Source: a virus. From it: a DNA stretch of 64,000 nt. Within the stretch, counting starts at the first letter, position 1. Each line of letters begins with the position of its first letter. The notes beneath the pieces were generated by a model, which saw nothing but the letters and a program-made list of their open reading frames with translations, was not told where the DNA came from and ran no database searches. The stretch lies in IMG/VR virus record IMGVR_UViG_3300023112_000009, positions 1 through 64,000 of that record; one strand, written 5' to 3'. Made by a program: the position numbers and the translations under genes. Below, in pieces: positions 30,863-39,592 of this stretch.

Positions 30863-31886
30863 AACAGCAATGATTACTGGCATCACTGGCCAGGATGGGT
30901 TTTACTTAGCCCACTATCTACTAGAGTTGGGTTACCGTGTCGTAGGGTTAGTACGTCGTACGTCTATCCCCACGAATTCACGACTGCGTACCTTACGTGG
31001 TAGCCCTAACCTTCACTTGATTCATGGTGACATCACCGACATTTCAAGCATTCAAAAAGCCGTTAAGGAATTCAAGCCTGATGAGCTGTATAATTTAGCC
31101 GCACAGAGCCATGTAGCAATGTCATGGGAGTACCCGATTGCTACCTCTGAGATTACGGGTATTGGCGTACTGAATTGCCTTGAGGCCATCAAGCAAGAGA
31201 AGCCTGACTGTAGGTTTTATCAGGCTGGTAGTAGCGAGCAATTTGGTAACTCTATTGACGAGGCATGGCAAGCTGACGGGAGAAATTGGCTCAATGAAGA
31301 GTCAGATATGGAGCCTGAGTCTCCCTATGCAGCAGCCAAAGTGTTTGGATATAATATGACCCAAGTGTACCGTAAGTCGTTCGATATGTTCGCGACCTGC
31401 GGTATCCTTTTTAATCATGAGTCTCCGTTGCGTGGCGAAGAGTTTGTTACTCGCAAGATCACGAGCAACCTTGCTCGCGTCAAGTGGGGTCTACAAGAAT
31501 ATGTGGAGCTTGGCAACATGGACGCCTGCCGCGACTGGGGTTTTGCAGGCGACTACGTGCGTGCTATGCACGCCATGTTGCAGCACGACACACCTGATGA
31601 CTTTGTGATCTCCACAGGTAAAACCTATTCGGTACAGCGTTTCTTCAACGACTGCTGCAACTGGTTTGAACTAGACCCACAGAAGGTCTATAAGATTAAC
31701 CCTAAGTATATGCGTCCCAATGACGTGGAAGTACTCCTGGGAGATAGCTCGAAAGCACAGAATGTATTAGGGTGGAAGCCACAATGCGACTTCGAAGAGC
31801 TAGTGAACAAGATGTGTCAGTATGACTATCATCTACAATCCCCTGACCCCTCAGTGTATCGGAAGGCCGATGAATTTCTTTTTTAA
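30855..31886 (+). CDS. gmd: GDP-mannose 4,6-dehydratase
   Basis: GITGQDG; YNLAAQSHV; YQAGSSE; SPYAAAK; GILFNHES..RGEEFVTRKI; RDWG. Confidence 0.96.
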   Translation: MSKTAMITGITGQDGFYLAHYLLELGYRVVGLVRRTSIPTNSRLRTLRGSPNLHLIHGDITDISSIQKAVKEFKPDELYNLAAQSHVAMSWEYPIATSEITGIGVLNCLEAIKQEKPDCRFYQAGSSEQFGNSIDEAWQADGRNWLNEESDMEPESPYAAAKVFGYNMTQVYRKSFDMFATCGILFNHESPLRGEEFVTRKITSNLARVKWGLQEYVELGNMDACRDWGFAGDYVRAMHAMLQHDTPDDFVISTGKTYSVQRFFNDCCNWFELDPQKVYKINPKYMRPNDVEVLLGDSSKAQNVLGWKPQCDFEELVNKMCQYDYHLQSPDPSVYRKADEFLF

Positions 31887-31897
31887 AGGTAAGCAAG

Positions 31898-32572
31898 ATG
31901 AATAATGATGAGGAGCAGGCCATTAGTGATCGTGAGAAACGAGCATGGCAGGCTAATAAGAATCGTGGGAGAACGAGAGTTCGCCCCACGTTAGATCGTG
32001 TACAGCGTATTGAATTTCTAGAGCTAATTGCTCAGATGTCTGGTCGCAGTGTGTTTGAACGTAAGTTGTCTTTGAATTCAGTAGATGTTGAATTCTATAA
32101 GCAAGAGCTTGATGTTGAGAGTCCAGATGAAGCTCGTAGGTTAGCAAATAAACTTAAGAGACAGGGCGATGACGAGCGTGAGGCTAAGCTTTTAGAGCAA
32201 ACACAAAAGATTCGTGAAGCAGAAGAAGTAGCCCAGGCAAGACTTGAAGCACTAGAGACTAGACGTGCATCCGAAGAGATTTCGAAGCCACGTAAGAAGA
32301 TTGATGGTGACAAGATTCGTCAAGATGACGCAGATCGTCAACGTCGTTTTACTGAGCAGCAAAACAGTGTAGAGATTACCGCTAAAGAGTGGCATCTACC
32401 CATGGAGTCTGACTCTGGTTCTCAATATGAGCAAACCGATAGGTTTCGTCGTGAGATTATGTATCGCGGGTTGTCGTTCGTCAACAACAAGTATGGCACT
32501 ACGTCTAACCAAGTGAAGATTGAAGCTCAGCGACTAGGATTGTCCATTAATTGGGACATCGTTAAGCGATAA
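31898..32572 (+). CDS. charged coiled-coil hypothetical protein
   Basis: Long E/R/K-rich helical ORF; TAATG coupling to the next gene. Confidence 0.6.
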   Translation: MNNDEEQAISDREKRAWQANKNRGRTRVRPTLDRVQRIEFLELIAQMSGRSVFERKLSLNSVDVEFYKQELDVESPDEARRLANKLKRQGDDEREAKLLEQTQKIREAEEVAQARLEALETRRASEEISKPRKKIDGDKIRQDDADRQRRFTEQQNSVEITAKEWHLPMESDSGSQYEQTDRFRREIMYRGLSFVNNKYGTTSNQVKIEAQRLGLSINWDIVKR

Positions 32573-33294
32573 TGAAAATGACGAAGGAAAACCTTGAGGG
32601 GTTATACGAAACCATGTCACTAGCTGAGATGGCAGAACACCTCAACATGGCACGGTCTACGTTGTACTATCATATGCGTAAACTGGGTGTACAAAGACGT
32701 TCTAAGAGTGAGGCACAGACGCAACACTTAAAGAACTCTGCTCATCAAAGGACTGGTAAAAACCATTCTAATGATACCAAGGAAAAAATTTCAGAAGGGA
32801 CTCGTCGCTTCTGGGACTCTACCGAAGGTCAGGAACAAAAACGACGATTAGGAGAACTTCGTCGTGAAGAGTGGGATCAACGCTCTCCCAAGCAGCGTTC
32901 GCGTGTGCTCAGCCGTCTTCGTACGGCAGATCGCCCAACCCCAGGCAATCTTTCACGTTTTGGTGAAAAGCTCGCCGTGTTCTTGGGCGAAAAAGAGGAT
33001 GTAACTACCGGAATCAGGCTAACACCTGGGCACGTTTCTGATATCATTCTAGAAGCTCGGAAGGTAGTGATCGAACTGATCCTGCCTGTCTCCGTGTACG
33101 GTGACGAGCAAGAGACCAAGATCGAGGGAAGATATAACCGGCTCATCGATCAGTTGAATGATACAGGTTATCGAGTAGTAGTTATTGAGGACCGTTCAAA
33201 TTCTATCTCGCAGGCACGTTGCCAACGAGTGTATGATGAACTACTTCAGTTTTTCGAGAACAAGACCTTACAACGACTGACCATAGTGTCATAA
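32572..33294 (+). CDS. HTH + NUMOD3-like + Vsr/DUF559-like endonuclease (probable homing-endonuclease-derived)
   Basis: MSLAEMAEHLNMARSTL HTH; GKNHSNDTKEKISEG NUMOD3-like; SDIILEARKVVIEL...GYRVVVI PD-(D/E)XK-like end. Confidence 0.6.
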   Translation: MKMTKENLEGLYETMSLAEMAEHLNMARSTLYYHMRKLGVQRRSKSEAQTQHLKNSAHQRTGKNHSNDTKEKISEGTRRFWDSTEGQEQKRRLGELRREEWDQRSPKQRSRVLSRLRTADRPTPGNLSRFGEKLAVFLGEKEDVTTGIRLTPGHVSDIILEARKVVIELILPVSVYGDEQETKIEGRYNRLIDQLNDTGYRVVVIEDRSNSISQARCQRVYDELLQFFENKTLQRLTIVS

Positions 33295-33295
33295 T
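33267..33295 (+). promoter_or_regulatory. promoter CTTACA-N17-CATAAT with extended TG, leaderless to ATG 33302
   Basis: CTTACA 33267-72, GTGT-CATAAT 33286-95, ATG 6 nt later; the same motif occurs at 62732-62760 (-). Confidence 0.6.
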
Positions 33296-33301
33296 GATAG
33301 C

Positions 33302-33970
33302 ATGACTAGACAAATCAAAGACCTGTTTGCAACTAACTGGTGCGACGAACTTGAGGCTGGCGACAAGGCCACCCGTAAAGAAGGGAATGAGGAAATGGAG
33401 GTCGTCCTGTTGGCTGGCCTGCAACGACTTGCTCGTGACGCTGGCATCTGTCGGCAGGCGTGTGTGATTCAAACACACGAAGGCAAGTCAACTCTGGTGC
33501 AAGCGATCTTCACCTCTGTTTTTAAAATGGAAGACGGAGAGGTGGAGTTTGTTGGTACTGCCGACTGCAACAGCAAGAACGTTAGTGGTAAATTTGCATC
33601 TTATCCTACTGCCGTTGCAGAGTCTCGTGCGGAAGCACGTTGTCTTCGCAAGGCACTAGGTATCCGTATGCTGTCTTCCGAAGAGATTGGCTTCCGCGAA
33701 GGGGCCGGTGCTATTGAGGCTTCGCCTAAGGGTAAGGTTGGTAGCTCTGTCGTGAAGGCTATTGAGAAACTCTGTACCGAACGCGGCGTTGACGCTGTGC
33801 AAGTACTAGAGAAGGTGGTGGACGGTGATCGTGCATCAACTATTTTTGAGCTATCTGAACTTACCACAGCGGAAGGGCAGAGTGCAATGGCGTGGCTGAA
33901 CGAGCAGAAGCCCGTCAGTACTAAATCGAAACGTGACGCTAGGAAAGCGGAACTAGAAGCAAAACAATAA
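33302..33970 (+). CDS. conserved phage protein, possible Rad52/Sak-like single-strand annealing protein
   Basis: GLQRLAR..GI; FVGTADC; AVAESRAEARCLRKALGI; C-terminal LSELTTAEG helical domain. Function inferred only. Confidence 0.45.
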   Translation: MTRQIKDLFATNWCDELEAGDKATRKEGNEEMEVVLLAGLQRLARDAGICRQACVIQTHEGKSTLVQAIFTSVFKMEDGEVEFVGTADCNSKNVSGKFASYPTAVAESRAEARCLRKALGIRMLSSEEIGFREGAGAIEASPKGKVGSSVVKAIEKLCTERGVDAVQVLEKVVDGDRASTIFELSELTTAEGQSAMAWLNEQKPVSTKSKRDARKAELEAKQ

Positions 33971-33972
33971 TC

Positions 33973-34284
33973 ATGGCTAAAGTAACAGTGAAATCCGGCA
34001 GTGTGACTGTCGAAGCAGAAGGACAGAAGGAACTTTTCGAGCTTCTTGCAACTTATCAAGAAGTATTCGGAGCGTCCAAGTGTGGTGGTTGTGGTAAAGA
34101 CAACCTTCGCTACGCTGTCCGCGAGCAAGAAGACTCGAAAGGAAAGAAGCAGAAGTACTACGAACTACGTTGTCAGGACTGCTTTGCCAAGCTTCCGTTT
34201 GGTCAGCATAATGATTCTCCGACGCTGTTCCCCAAGAGGTGGGTACGTTGGGACAAGGCCAACAACGTCGAGGTTGAACTGTAA
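33973..34284 (+). CDS. Zn-ribbon hypothetical protein
   Basis: CGGC...CQDC; LPFGQ..TLFPKR. Confidence 0.6.
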   Translation: MAKVTVKSGSVTVEAEGQKELFELLATYQEVFGASKCGGCGKDNLRYAVREQEDSKGKKQKYYELRCQDCFAKLPFGQHNDSPTLFPKRWVRWDKANNVEVEL

Positions 34285-34616
34285 TGGAGTTCGGTGACTA
34301 TCAGAAGCAGTCTGCTAGTACTGCTATCTATCCTGGTCAGGGCGAAGTTCTGGGGCTGGCTTACGTCGGCCTTGGGCTTGGAGAGTCCGGTGAAGTTCAG
34401 GGTAAGATCAAGAAGGTTATTCGTGATGACGGTGGCGTGATCTCTGATGAGAAGCGTGCAGCTATCGCTAAGGAACTTGGTGATATGCTATGGTACGTGA
34501 GTCAGACCGCTAGCGAGATTGGCGTAAGTCTTGACGACATTGCCGAAGACAACCTAGATAAGCTCGCTTCGCGAGCGGAGCGTGGGGTACTTGGTGGTAG
34601 TGGCGACGAACGATGA
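34284..34616 (+). CDS. MazG-like NTP pyrophosphohydrolase
   Basis: GLGESGEVQGKIKK; KELGDMLWYV; NLDKLASRAERG..GSGDER. Confidence 0.88.
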   Translation: MEFGDYQKQSASTAIYPGQGEVLGLAYVGLGLGESGEVQGKIKKVIRDDGGVISDEKRAAIAKELGDMLWYVSQTASEIGVSLDDIAEDNLDKLASRAERGVLGGSGDER

Positions 34617-34903
34617 AAAGACTCAATCAAAAACCTCAGGACAAAAGAGTGTTCAGTTGTCCTCAGTGTAAGAAGTATCGCATGACTCGTCCGCTTGACT
34701 ATGTGGTCAACGAGACGAAGCAAGAATACAAGACGAAGGACAAGGACACGATTGAGTTGTTTGTCGATATTTGTGAATCCTGCAAGGCTCGCAATAACCG
34801 ACAGTATTTCGAGCCCTCCAAGGCTGATATTAAACGCATCCTAAAAGCAATGCAAGAAGACGCCAAGCTTGGCGAGGACCAGTCGCTAGAAGATCTCCTA
34901 TAA
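34613..34903 (+). CDS. Zn-finger hypothetical protein
   Basis: CPQC...CESC; ATGA coupling. Confidence 0.55.
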   Translation: MKRLNQKPQDKRVFSCPQCKKYRMTRPLDYVVNETKQEYKTKDKDTIELFVDICESCKARNNRQYFEPSKADIKRILKAMQEDAKLGEDQSLEDLL

Positions 34904-36111
34904 TGGCAAGCCACAACAACTACTGGTTCCAGACGTGCCCGACTCGACACAAAGTTTCGTCGGGCATCGTTCGAAATGTAGACGTATTAATCATCGGTGG
35001 CGGGGTCGCCGGTATCAATATGCTTTACAATTTGATCAACGCTGGAGTAACTAATACTTATCTCGTTGAAGAATCGACCGTAGGTGCACACGCCTCGGGT
35101 CGAAGCAGCGGTCAACTCATGTTTCGTGGTTCAAAACTCTTTCATGAGTATGGCGACGAGGCGGGTGCCGAGTACATGAGCTTTATCAAAGAAAACAACA
35201 TGCGTTTTCTCAAGGGTTTACGTGTTGTGAACTTTGATACAGACCTACGTGACACTGGCGGTCTCAGGCTAGCCATTGACGAAAACGAGCTAGAAAAACT
35301 AGAGATTGAGTCAGAGTTTATTCGCGTACACGCTGGTCTCGACTGTCCTATACTGACAAAACAGGACGTAGAGGGGATGTTGCCCCAAACGGGTTTTGTT
35401 GGTGGCATGTTTGTGCCCACGGAAGCTACGTTTAATCCTTACAAAGTCGTCAATGGTTTGAGGGAGTTGGTAGAAAATAAAGGGTCGCGTGTTCTAACTG
35501 ACTGTCAAGTTACCAGCGTCACACCAGACGCTAAAGGGTTCAGTGTTTCAATTCGACACAAGGGAACTATTCGAGCTAAAAAGGTAGTTTATGCGATCAA
35601 TGCTTATACGTCAGAGCTATTACCTGAGCTTGCAGAGTCCCTGACTCCGTTTCGAGGTCAGATGATTGCTACAGATTATCTCGAAGATCAAATTTTACCT
35701 TCGATGAGTATGACCTGTAATGATTGTAACGAATATTTTCGAGTACATAATGGTCGTCTTGTCGTTGGCGGAATGAGACACGCAGTTAGAGGAAAGCAAA
35801 TAGGACTAACCAACGACGGAGAGTTAAGTCCTGTTGTATTCGATAAGCTTCGCGATTTTGTGTCTGGTGCATTGCCGCATATTAAAAATGTAAAATTCAC
35901 GCACTCATGGTCTGGAATCATGTGTGCTACGCCAGACGACTTACCGCTTATTGGTGCCTTGCCCAATCGCCCCAATGAATTTATTCTAAGTGGTTTTAAT
36001 GGTTATGGTTACGGTCATGCATTACACGGTAGCATGATCGTCCGAGACTTAATTGTTTCGGGGGAGTCCAAACGTCCTGGTACACAACTATTTGACCCCG
36101 CAAGATTTTAA
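34903..36111 (+). CDS. FAD-dependent oxidoreductase, DAO/glycine-oxidase (PuuB/MnmC-like) family
   Basis: DVLIIGGGVAG; ASGRSSG; PFRGQM; WSGIM..TPDDLPLIG; GFNGYG. Confidence 0.88.
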   Translation: MASHNNYWFQTCPTRHKVSSGIVRNVDVLIIGGGVAGINMLYNLINAGVTNTYLVEESTVGAHASGRSSGQLMFRGSKLFHEYGDEAGAEYMSFIKENNMRFLKGLRVVNFDTDLRDTGGLRLAIDENELEKLEIESEFIRVHAGLDCPILTKQDVEGMLPQTGFVGGMFVPTEATFNPYKVVNGLRELVENKGSRVLTDCQVTSVTPDAKGFSVSIRHKGTIRAKKVVYAINAYTSELLPELAESLTPFRGQMIATDYLEDQILPSMSMTCNDCNEYFRVHNGRLVVGGMRHAVRGKQIGLTNDGELSPVVFDKLRDFVSGALPHIKNVKFTHSWSGIMCATPDDLPLIGALPNRPNEFILSGFNGYGYGHALHGSMIVRDLIVSGESKRPGTQLFDPARF

Positions 36112-36593
36112 TGACTAGAGCTTTAGCTGACCATAATTACTGTTCGTACTGCGATTGCGATGTTGTTAACGATCACTGGTATTGGCAAAAGTCAAATAAA
36201 GTTAAGGGCGACGGTTACTGGAAATGTAAGCAGCAAAACCGCGACAACGCTAAGCGGTGGCGTTTGAATAACTTAGACCGTATGCGGTTGCGTTCACATT
36301 TTGATCAAGACAGGAAACACCTTAGAGAATTTGATCTTGATCTTGATTTTTATCGTACTCTTATTAAGCAGCCGTGTTTGTATTGCGAAACACTGCCCGC
36401 TAATGGGGTTGACCGAAAAGATTCTGGGATCGGGCACATAAAGACTAATTGTGTGCCTTGTTGTGCCAAGTGTAACATAATTTTAGGCGACATACCATTT
36501 TCGGCAAAGCTAGAACTGAGCAGCGGACTTCGTAACATACACACGAAGGGATTATTAAATAACTGGGAAGTACCATCCAAAAGACGATCATGA
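36111..36593 (+). mobile_element. HNH-type (His-Me finger) endonuclease upstream of RNR
   Basis: CLYC..NGVDRKDS.IGH..NCVPCCAKCN; related to 48397..48993. Confidence 0.72.
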
Positions 36594-38470
36594 AACTAGA
36601 AGGACTATCACGAGACATTTTCTTACAACGTTACGCCATGCCAGGAGAGGATTCCTGGACACAATGTGCTAAACGTGTCTCGGAGAACATTGCTACCGTT
36701 GAGATAAACGGTGCCGCCCAGGAGTGGGCAACAAATTTTGAGTCAGTGATCGACGCTGGCGACTTCATGCCTGGGGGACGCATCCTTTTTGGAGCAGGCA
36801 GACGCCAGTTCAATATGCTTAACTGCTATCGTCTTCACCCAGAAGATACAGTAGAGTCTATTGGCAAGATGATCAGTGACACCTACCTAATTTCATGTGG
36901 TGGCGGTGGCATCGGGTACAACTTCTCGTCTATTCGACCCAAGGGCGACGACATTCAGACGATTAGGAACTCTGCCCCTGGTGCCGTCTCCGTCATGAAG
37001 ATGGTCAACGAGGTTGGCAACCACGTACGCAGCGGCAAGAATCGCCGTACCGCACTAATCGCCATTCTCAATGTTGATCACCCTGATCTTTTCGAGTTCC
37101 TGCACGTTAAGCTAGACCTTGCACAACTCACTAACTTTAATATTTCGGTTGGCATCACAAACGATTTCATTAAAGCGGTAAAGAAAAACAAGCCGTGGGT
37201 ATTTAAGTTTAACGGACGCACCTATCACCAGTACCACATGAGACGAGTAAGTCCTGACGGTACCGAAACGATCAAGGTGATTGCTTTAAATGAAGAAGAT
37301 GCAGTGGGACGTGCCCAGACTCATCACCGTATCACCCAGGACGACAAGTTCACTCACGTTAGGCAAGTGGACATTATGGCAGCGGATATCTGGGAGACCC
37401 TGATGACCAACGCCTGGAAGAGTGGAGATCCCGGCATCTATAACTTGGACCTCGCCAACACGTTTACTAATGTTTCTTATTTCGAGGACTTGGATTCTCC
37501 GAATCCATGCGGTGAGATTCCGTTGCCCCCTTATGGCAACTGTTGTCTCGGACACATCAACTTGTCCAACATGTTCTCAGAGAAGACTGGTGACGTGAAC
37601 TGGAAACGCTTTGCCAAAGCTATTCGATATGGCGTTCGTTTCTTGGACGATGTTTTGACAGCAAATCATTACCCTATTCCTGAGTGCAAGACCGCTGGCG
37701 AACGTACTCGTCGTATTGGTTTGGGCGTGACAGGACTGCATTATCTCCTGCTAAAGCTGGGGCATGTGTACGGTGACGAGAGGTGTCTTGAGTTCCTAGA
37801 CAGACTGTTCGCTACGTTCCGTAACGAAGCTTACAAGGCGTCCATTGAGCTTGCCAAAGAGAAGGGTGCATTCCCTGAGTTTGACGTTGAGAAGTTTTCG
37901 CAGGAAGAGTTTTTCCAGCAGCTACCTCCACGTATTCAGAACGCCATTAAGAAGTACGGTATTCGTAACGCTGTAAGTCTAACGATTGCACCGTGTGGTA
38001 CGAACAGTATGGTGCTGAACGTTTCCTCTGGAGTGGAACCGATCTTTGCTCCTCTATATGAAAGACGATTCCGAGAGGGGAATGTGACTCGTAAGGAGGT
38101 CGTTACTGACGCTCTGTTTGCTGAGTTCTATAGTCAAGGTAGGGAGATGGAGCATTTCCGTGGTTCTCATGACATTTCTGTTGAGGATCACCTAGCGGTT
38201 CAGTCTACGATTCAAAAGTATATTGACTCCGCGATCTCCAAGACGACGAACCTACCTAAAGATTACCCTGTTGAAAAATTGAGCGAGGTCGTCTTAGAGC
38301 AAGCTCCGTACGTCAAGGGTTTTACGATTTATCGTCAAGGGTCTAAGGGGGGCGAGCCTTTGAAGCCGCTCGATATCTCTAACCCCACCAAGCTGGAAGC
38401 CGCTATGAAGAAAGCTGGAGTTGAAGTACTATCAATCGAAGCTTGTCGTGGTGGAATTTGCGAAATCTAG
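36590..38470 (+). CDS. nrdJ: ribonucleotide reductase, probably class II (adenosylcobalamin-dependent)
   Basis: FMPGGRIL; NCY; GGGIG..IRPKG; NFNISV; NPCGE; CLGHINL; RRIGLG; TIAPCGT; SSGVEP; KGFTIYR; C-terminal CRGGICEI. No beta subunit nearby. Confidence 0.88.
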   Translation: MKLEGLSRDIFLQRYAMPGEDSWTQCAKRVSENIATVEINGAAQEWATNFESVIDAGDFMPGGRILFGAGRRQFNMLNCYRLHPEDTVESIGKMISDTYLISCGGGGIGYNFSSIRPKGDDIQTIRNSAPGAVSVMKMVNEVGNHVRSGKNRRTALIAILNVDHPDLFEFLHVKLDLAQLTNFNISVGITNDFIKAVKKNKPWVFKFNGRTYHQYHMRRVSPDGTETIKVIALNEEDAVGRAQTHHRITQDDKFTHVRQVDIMAADIWETLMTNAWKSGDPGIYNLDLANTFTNVSYFEDLDSPNPCGEIPLPPYGNCCLGHINLSNMFSEKTGDVNWKRFAKAIRYGVRFLDDVLTANHYPIPECKTAGERTRRIGLGVTGLHYLLLKLGHVYGDERCLEFLDRLFATFRNEAYKASIELAKEKGAFPEFDVEKFSQEEFFQQLPPRIQNAIKKYGIRNAVSLTIAPCGTNSMVLNVSSGVEPIFAPLYERRFREGNVTRKEVVTDALFAEFYSQGREMEHFRGSHDISVEDHLAVQSTIQKYIDSAISKTTNLPKDYPVEKLSEVVLEQAPYVKGFTIYRQGSKGGEPLKPLDISNPTKLEAAMKKAGVEVLSIEACRGGICEI

Positions 38471-38493
38471 ATAACACGACAGACCATTCTGCG

Positions 38494-38499
38494 TATAAT
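38494..38499 (+). promoter_or_regulatory. -10 box TATAAT, leaderless to ATG 38506
   Basis: GCG-TATAAT-tgaaac-ATG; no SD; no clear -35. Confidence 0.55.
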
Positions 38500-38505
38500 T
38501 GAAAC

Positions 38506-38829
38506 ATGACACAACCCCAATCGAAAGAGAAGTATATTCTAACCCATCCCAAAGACGAGAGCAATGAGGATATTCTGTATCGCTTCATGCTGACCCTCAA
38601 CAGGCGGCTTGCCGAAAAGGTTGGCAGTGAGACTATCGAGTCGCGTCTACTTAAGGCTATCGGCACGTTGGATGGTGTTGATGGTATGCAACAAGGCGGC
38701 ATGTACACCATTGAAGTGGTTATTGCTCGCACGTTTGATCCCGCAGAAGTTATCACGGAACTCAAGCGTCGTTTGGACGATGATGTTCTAAGCGAAATCA
38801 TTACCCCTAACAAAAAGATCATTGTCTGA
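38506..38829 (+). CDS. hypothetical protein
   Basis: 107 aa ORF with its own -10 box; TGATG coupling downstream. Confidence 0.6.
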   Translation: MTQPQSKEKYILTHPKDESNEDILYRFMLTLNRRLAEKVGSETIESRLLKAIGTLDGVDGMQQGGMYTIEVVIARTFDPAEVITELKRRLDDDVLSEIITPNKKIIV

Positions 38830-38981
38830 TGTATTACACTCCCGCAGTCGTGATTCCTGGTAAGCTCGCACACATCACACTGGCCATGGCTCAATCCATG
38901 GCCAAGAGTGCTGGCACTTACGTCATGGACGACAACTTTAAGATCATTAAAGATTACCGCAAAGATGCAAAGCCACAATAA
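38829..38981 (+). CDS. small hypothetical protein (50 aa, not in ORF track)
   Basis: MYYTPAVVIPGKLAHITLAMAQSMAKSAGTYVMDDNFKIIKDYRKDAKPQ; starts at the TGATG overlap and fills the gap to thyX. Confidence 0.5.
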   Translation: MYYTPAVVIPGKLAHITLAMAQSMAKSAGTYVMDDNFKIIKDYRKDAKPQ

Positions 38982-39591
38982 CTCTGTTGAGTTAGTTGGT
39001 TTCTACGGCAGTGACGAGTCCCACGCACTTAGTGCGTGGACTTCTACTAGTAGGGACTTAACTGATGACAAGCGTGGCCGGATGGATAAGATGTTGAACA
39101 CTCTTGCCTCCGCAGGTCACCACACTCCTTTCGAGAAAAGCACGCTTCACTTTTTAGTAAAGAGTGATATCGCTAGCCACATTCACATCATTAAGCACCG
39201 TATTGGTGTCAGTGTGAATGCTGAGTCTGCTCGATATAAAGAATTGAAAGAAGATCAGTTCTACATTCCGTGCGACTGGCCCGAAGATATGGCAGAACAG
39301 TTTGCTTTTGATATGTTGGCACAGTATGACAGATATCATGAGGTGCTTGAGGAACTTGTAGACCGTGGCATGGATAGGAAACGAGCCAAAGAGTCTGCAC
39401 GCTTCTATCTGCCGTACGCAAATCAGATTGTCTCTGATGTATCATTCAACTTCCGATCCTTTATGCATTTTCAAGGCTTGAGAAATAGCGAACATGCACA
39501 AAAGGAAATTCGTTACATTGCACAGGACATGCTAAAGCTCGTTAGAGAGACCGGCATGTTTGACCTTTCCTTAAACTCTTTTGGTTACTAA
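38965..39591 (+). CDS. thyX: flavin-dependent thymidylate synthase
   Basis: GHHTPFE; KHRIGVSVNAESARY (RHRx7-8S motif variant); KESARFYLP; NFRSFMHF..LR..HAQKEIR. ATG 38965 preferred. Confidence 0.92.
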   Translation: MQSHNNSVELVGFYGSDESHALSAWTSTSRDLTDDKRGRMDKMLNTLASAGHHTPFEKSTLHFLVKSDIASHIHIIKHRIGVSVNAESARYKELKEDQFYIPCDWPEDMAEQFAFDMLAQYDRYHEVLEELVDRGMDRKRAKESARFYLPYANQIVSDVSFNFRSFMHFQGLRNSEHAQKEIRYIAQDMLKLVRETGMFDLSLNSFGY

Positions 39592-39592
39592 T

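Noticed and set aside
3661-38470. Inteins or group I introns in dnaE, nrdJ or around the endonuclease genes
   Set aside because: DnaE and NrdJ are continuous with no C/S...HN splice motifs, and genes flanking each endonuclease have complete N- and C-termini.
36590-38470. Class Ia ribonucleotide reductase alpha subunit
   Set aside because: No adjacent beta subunit, no ATP cone, and only one Tyr (TIYR) where class I has the YY pair; class II is more likely.
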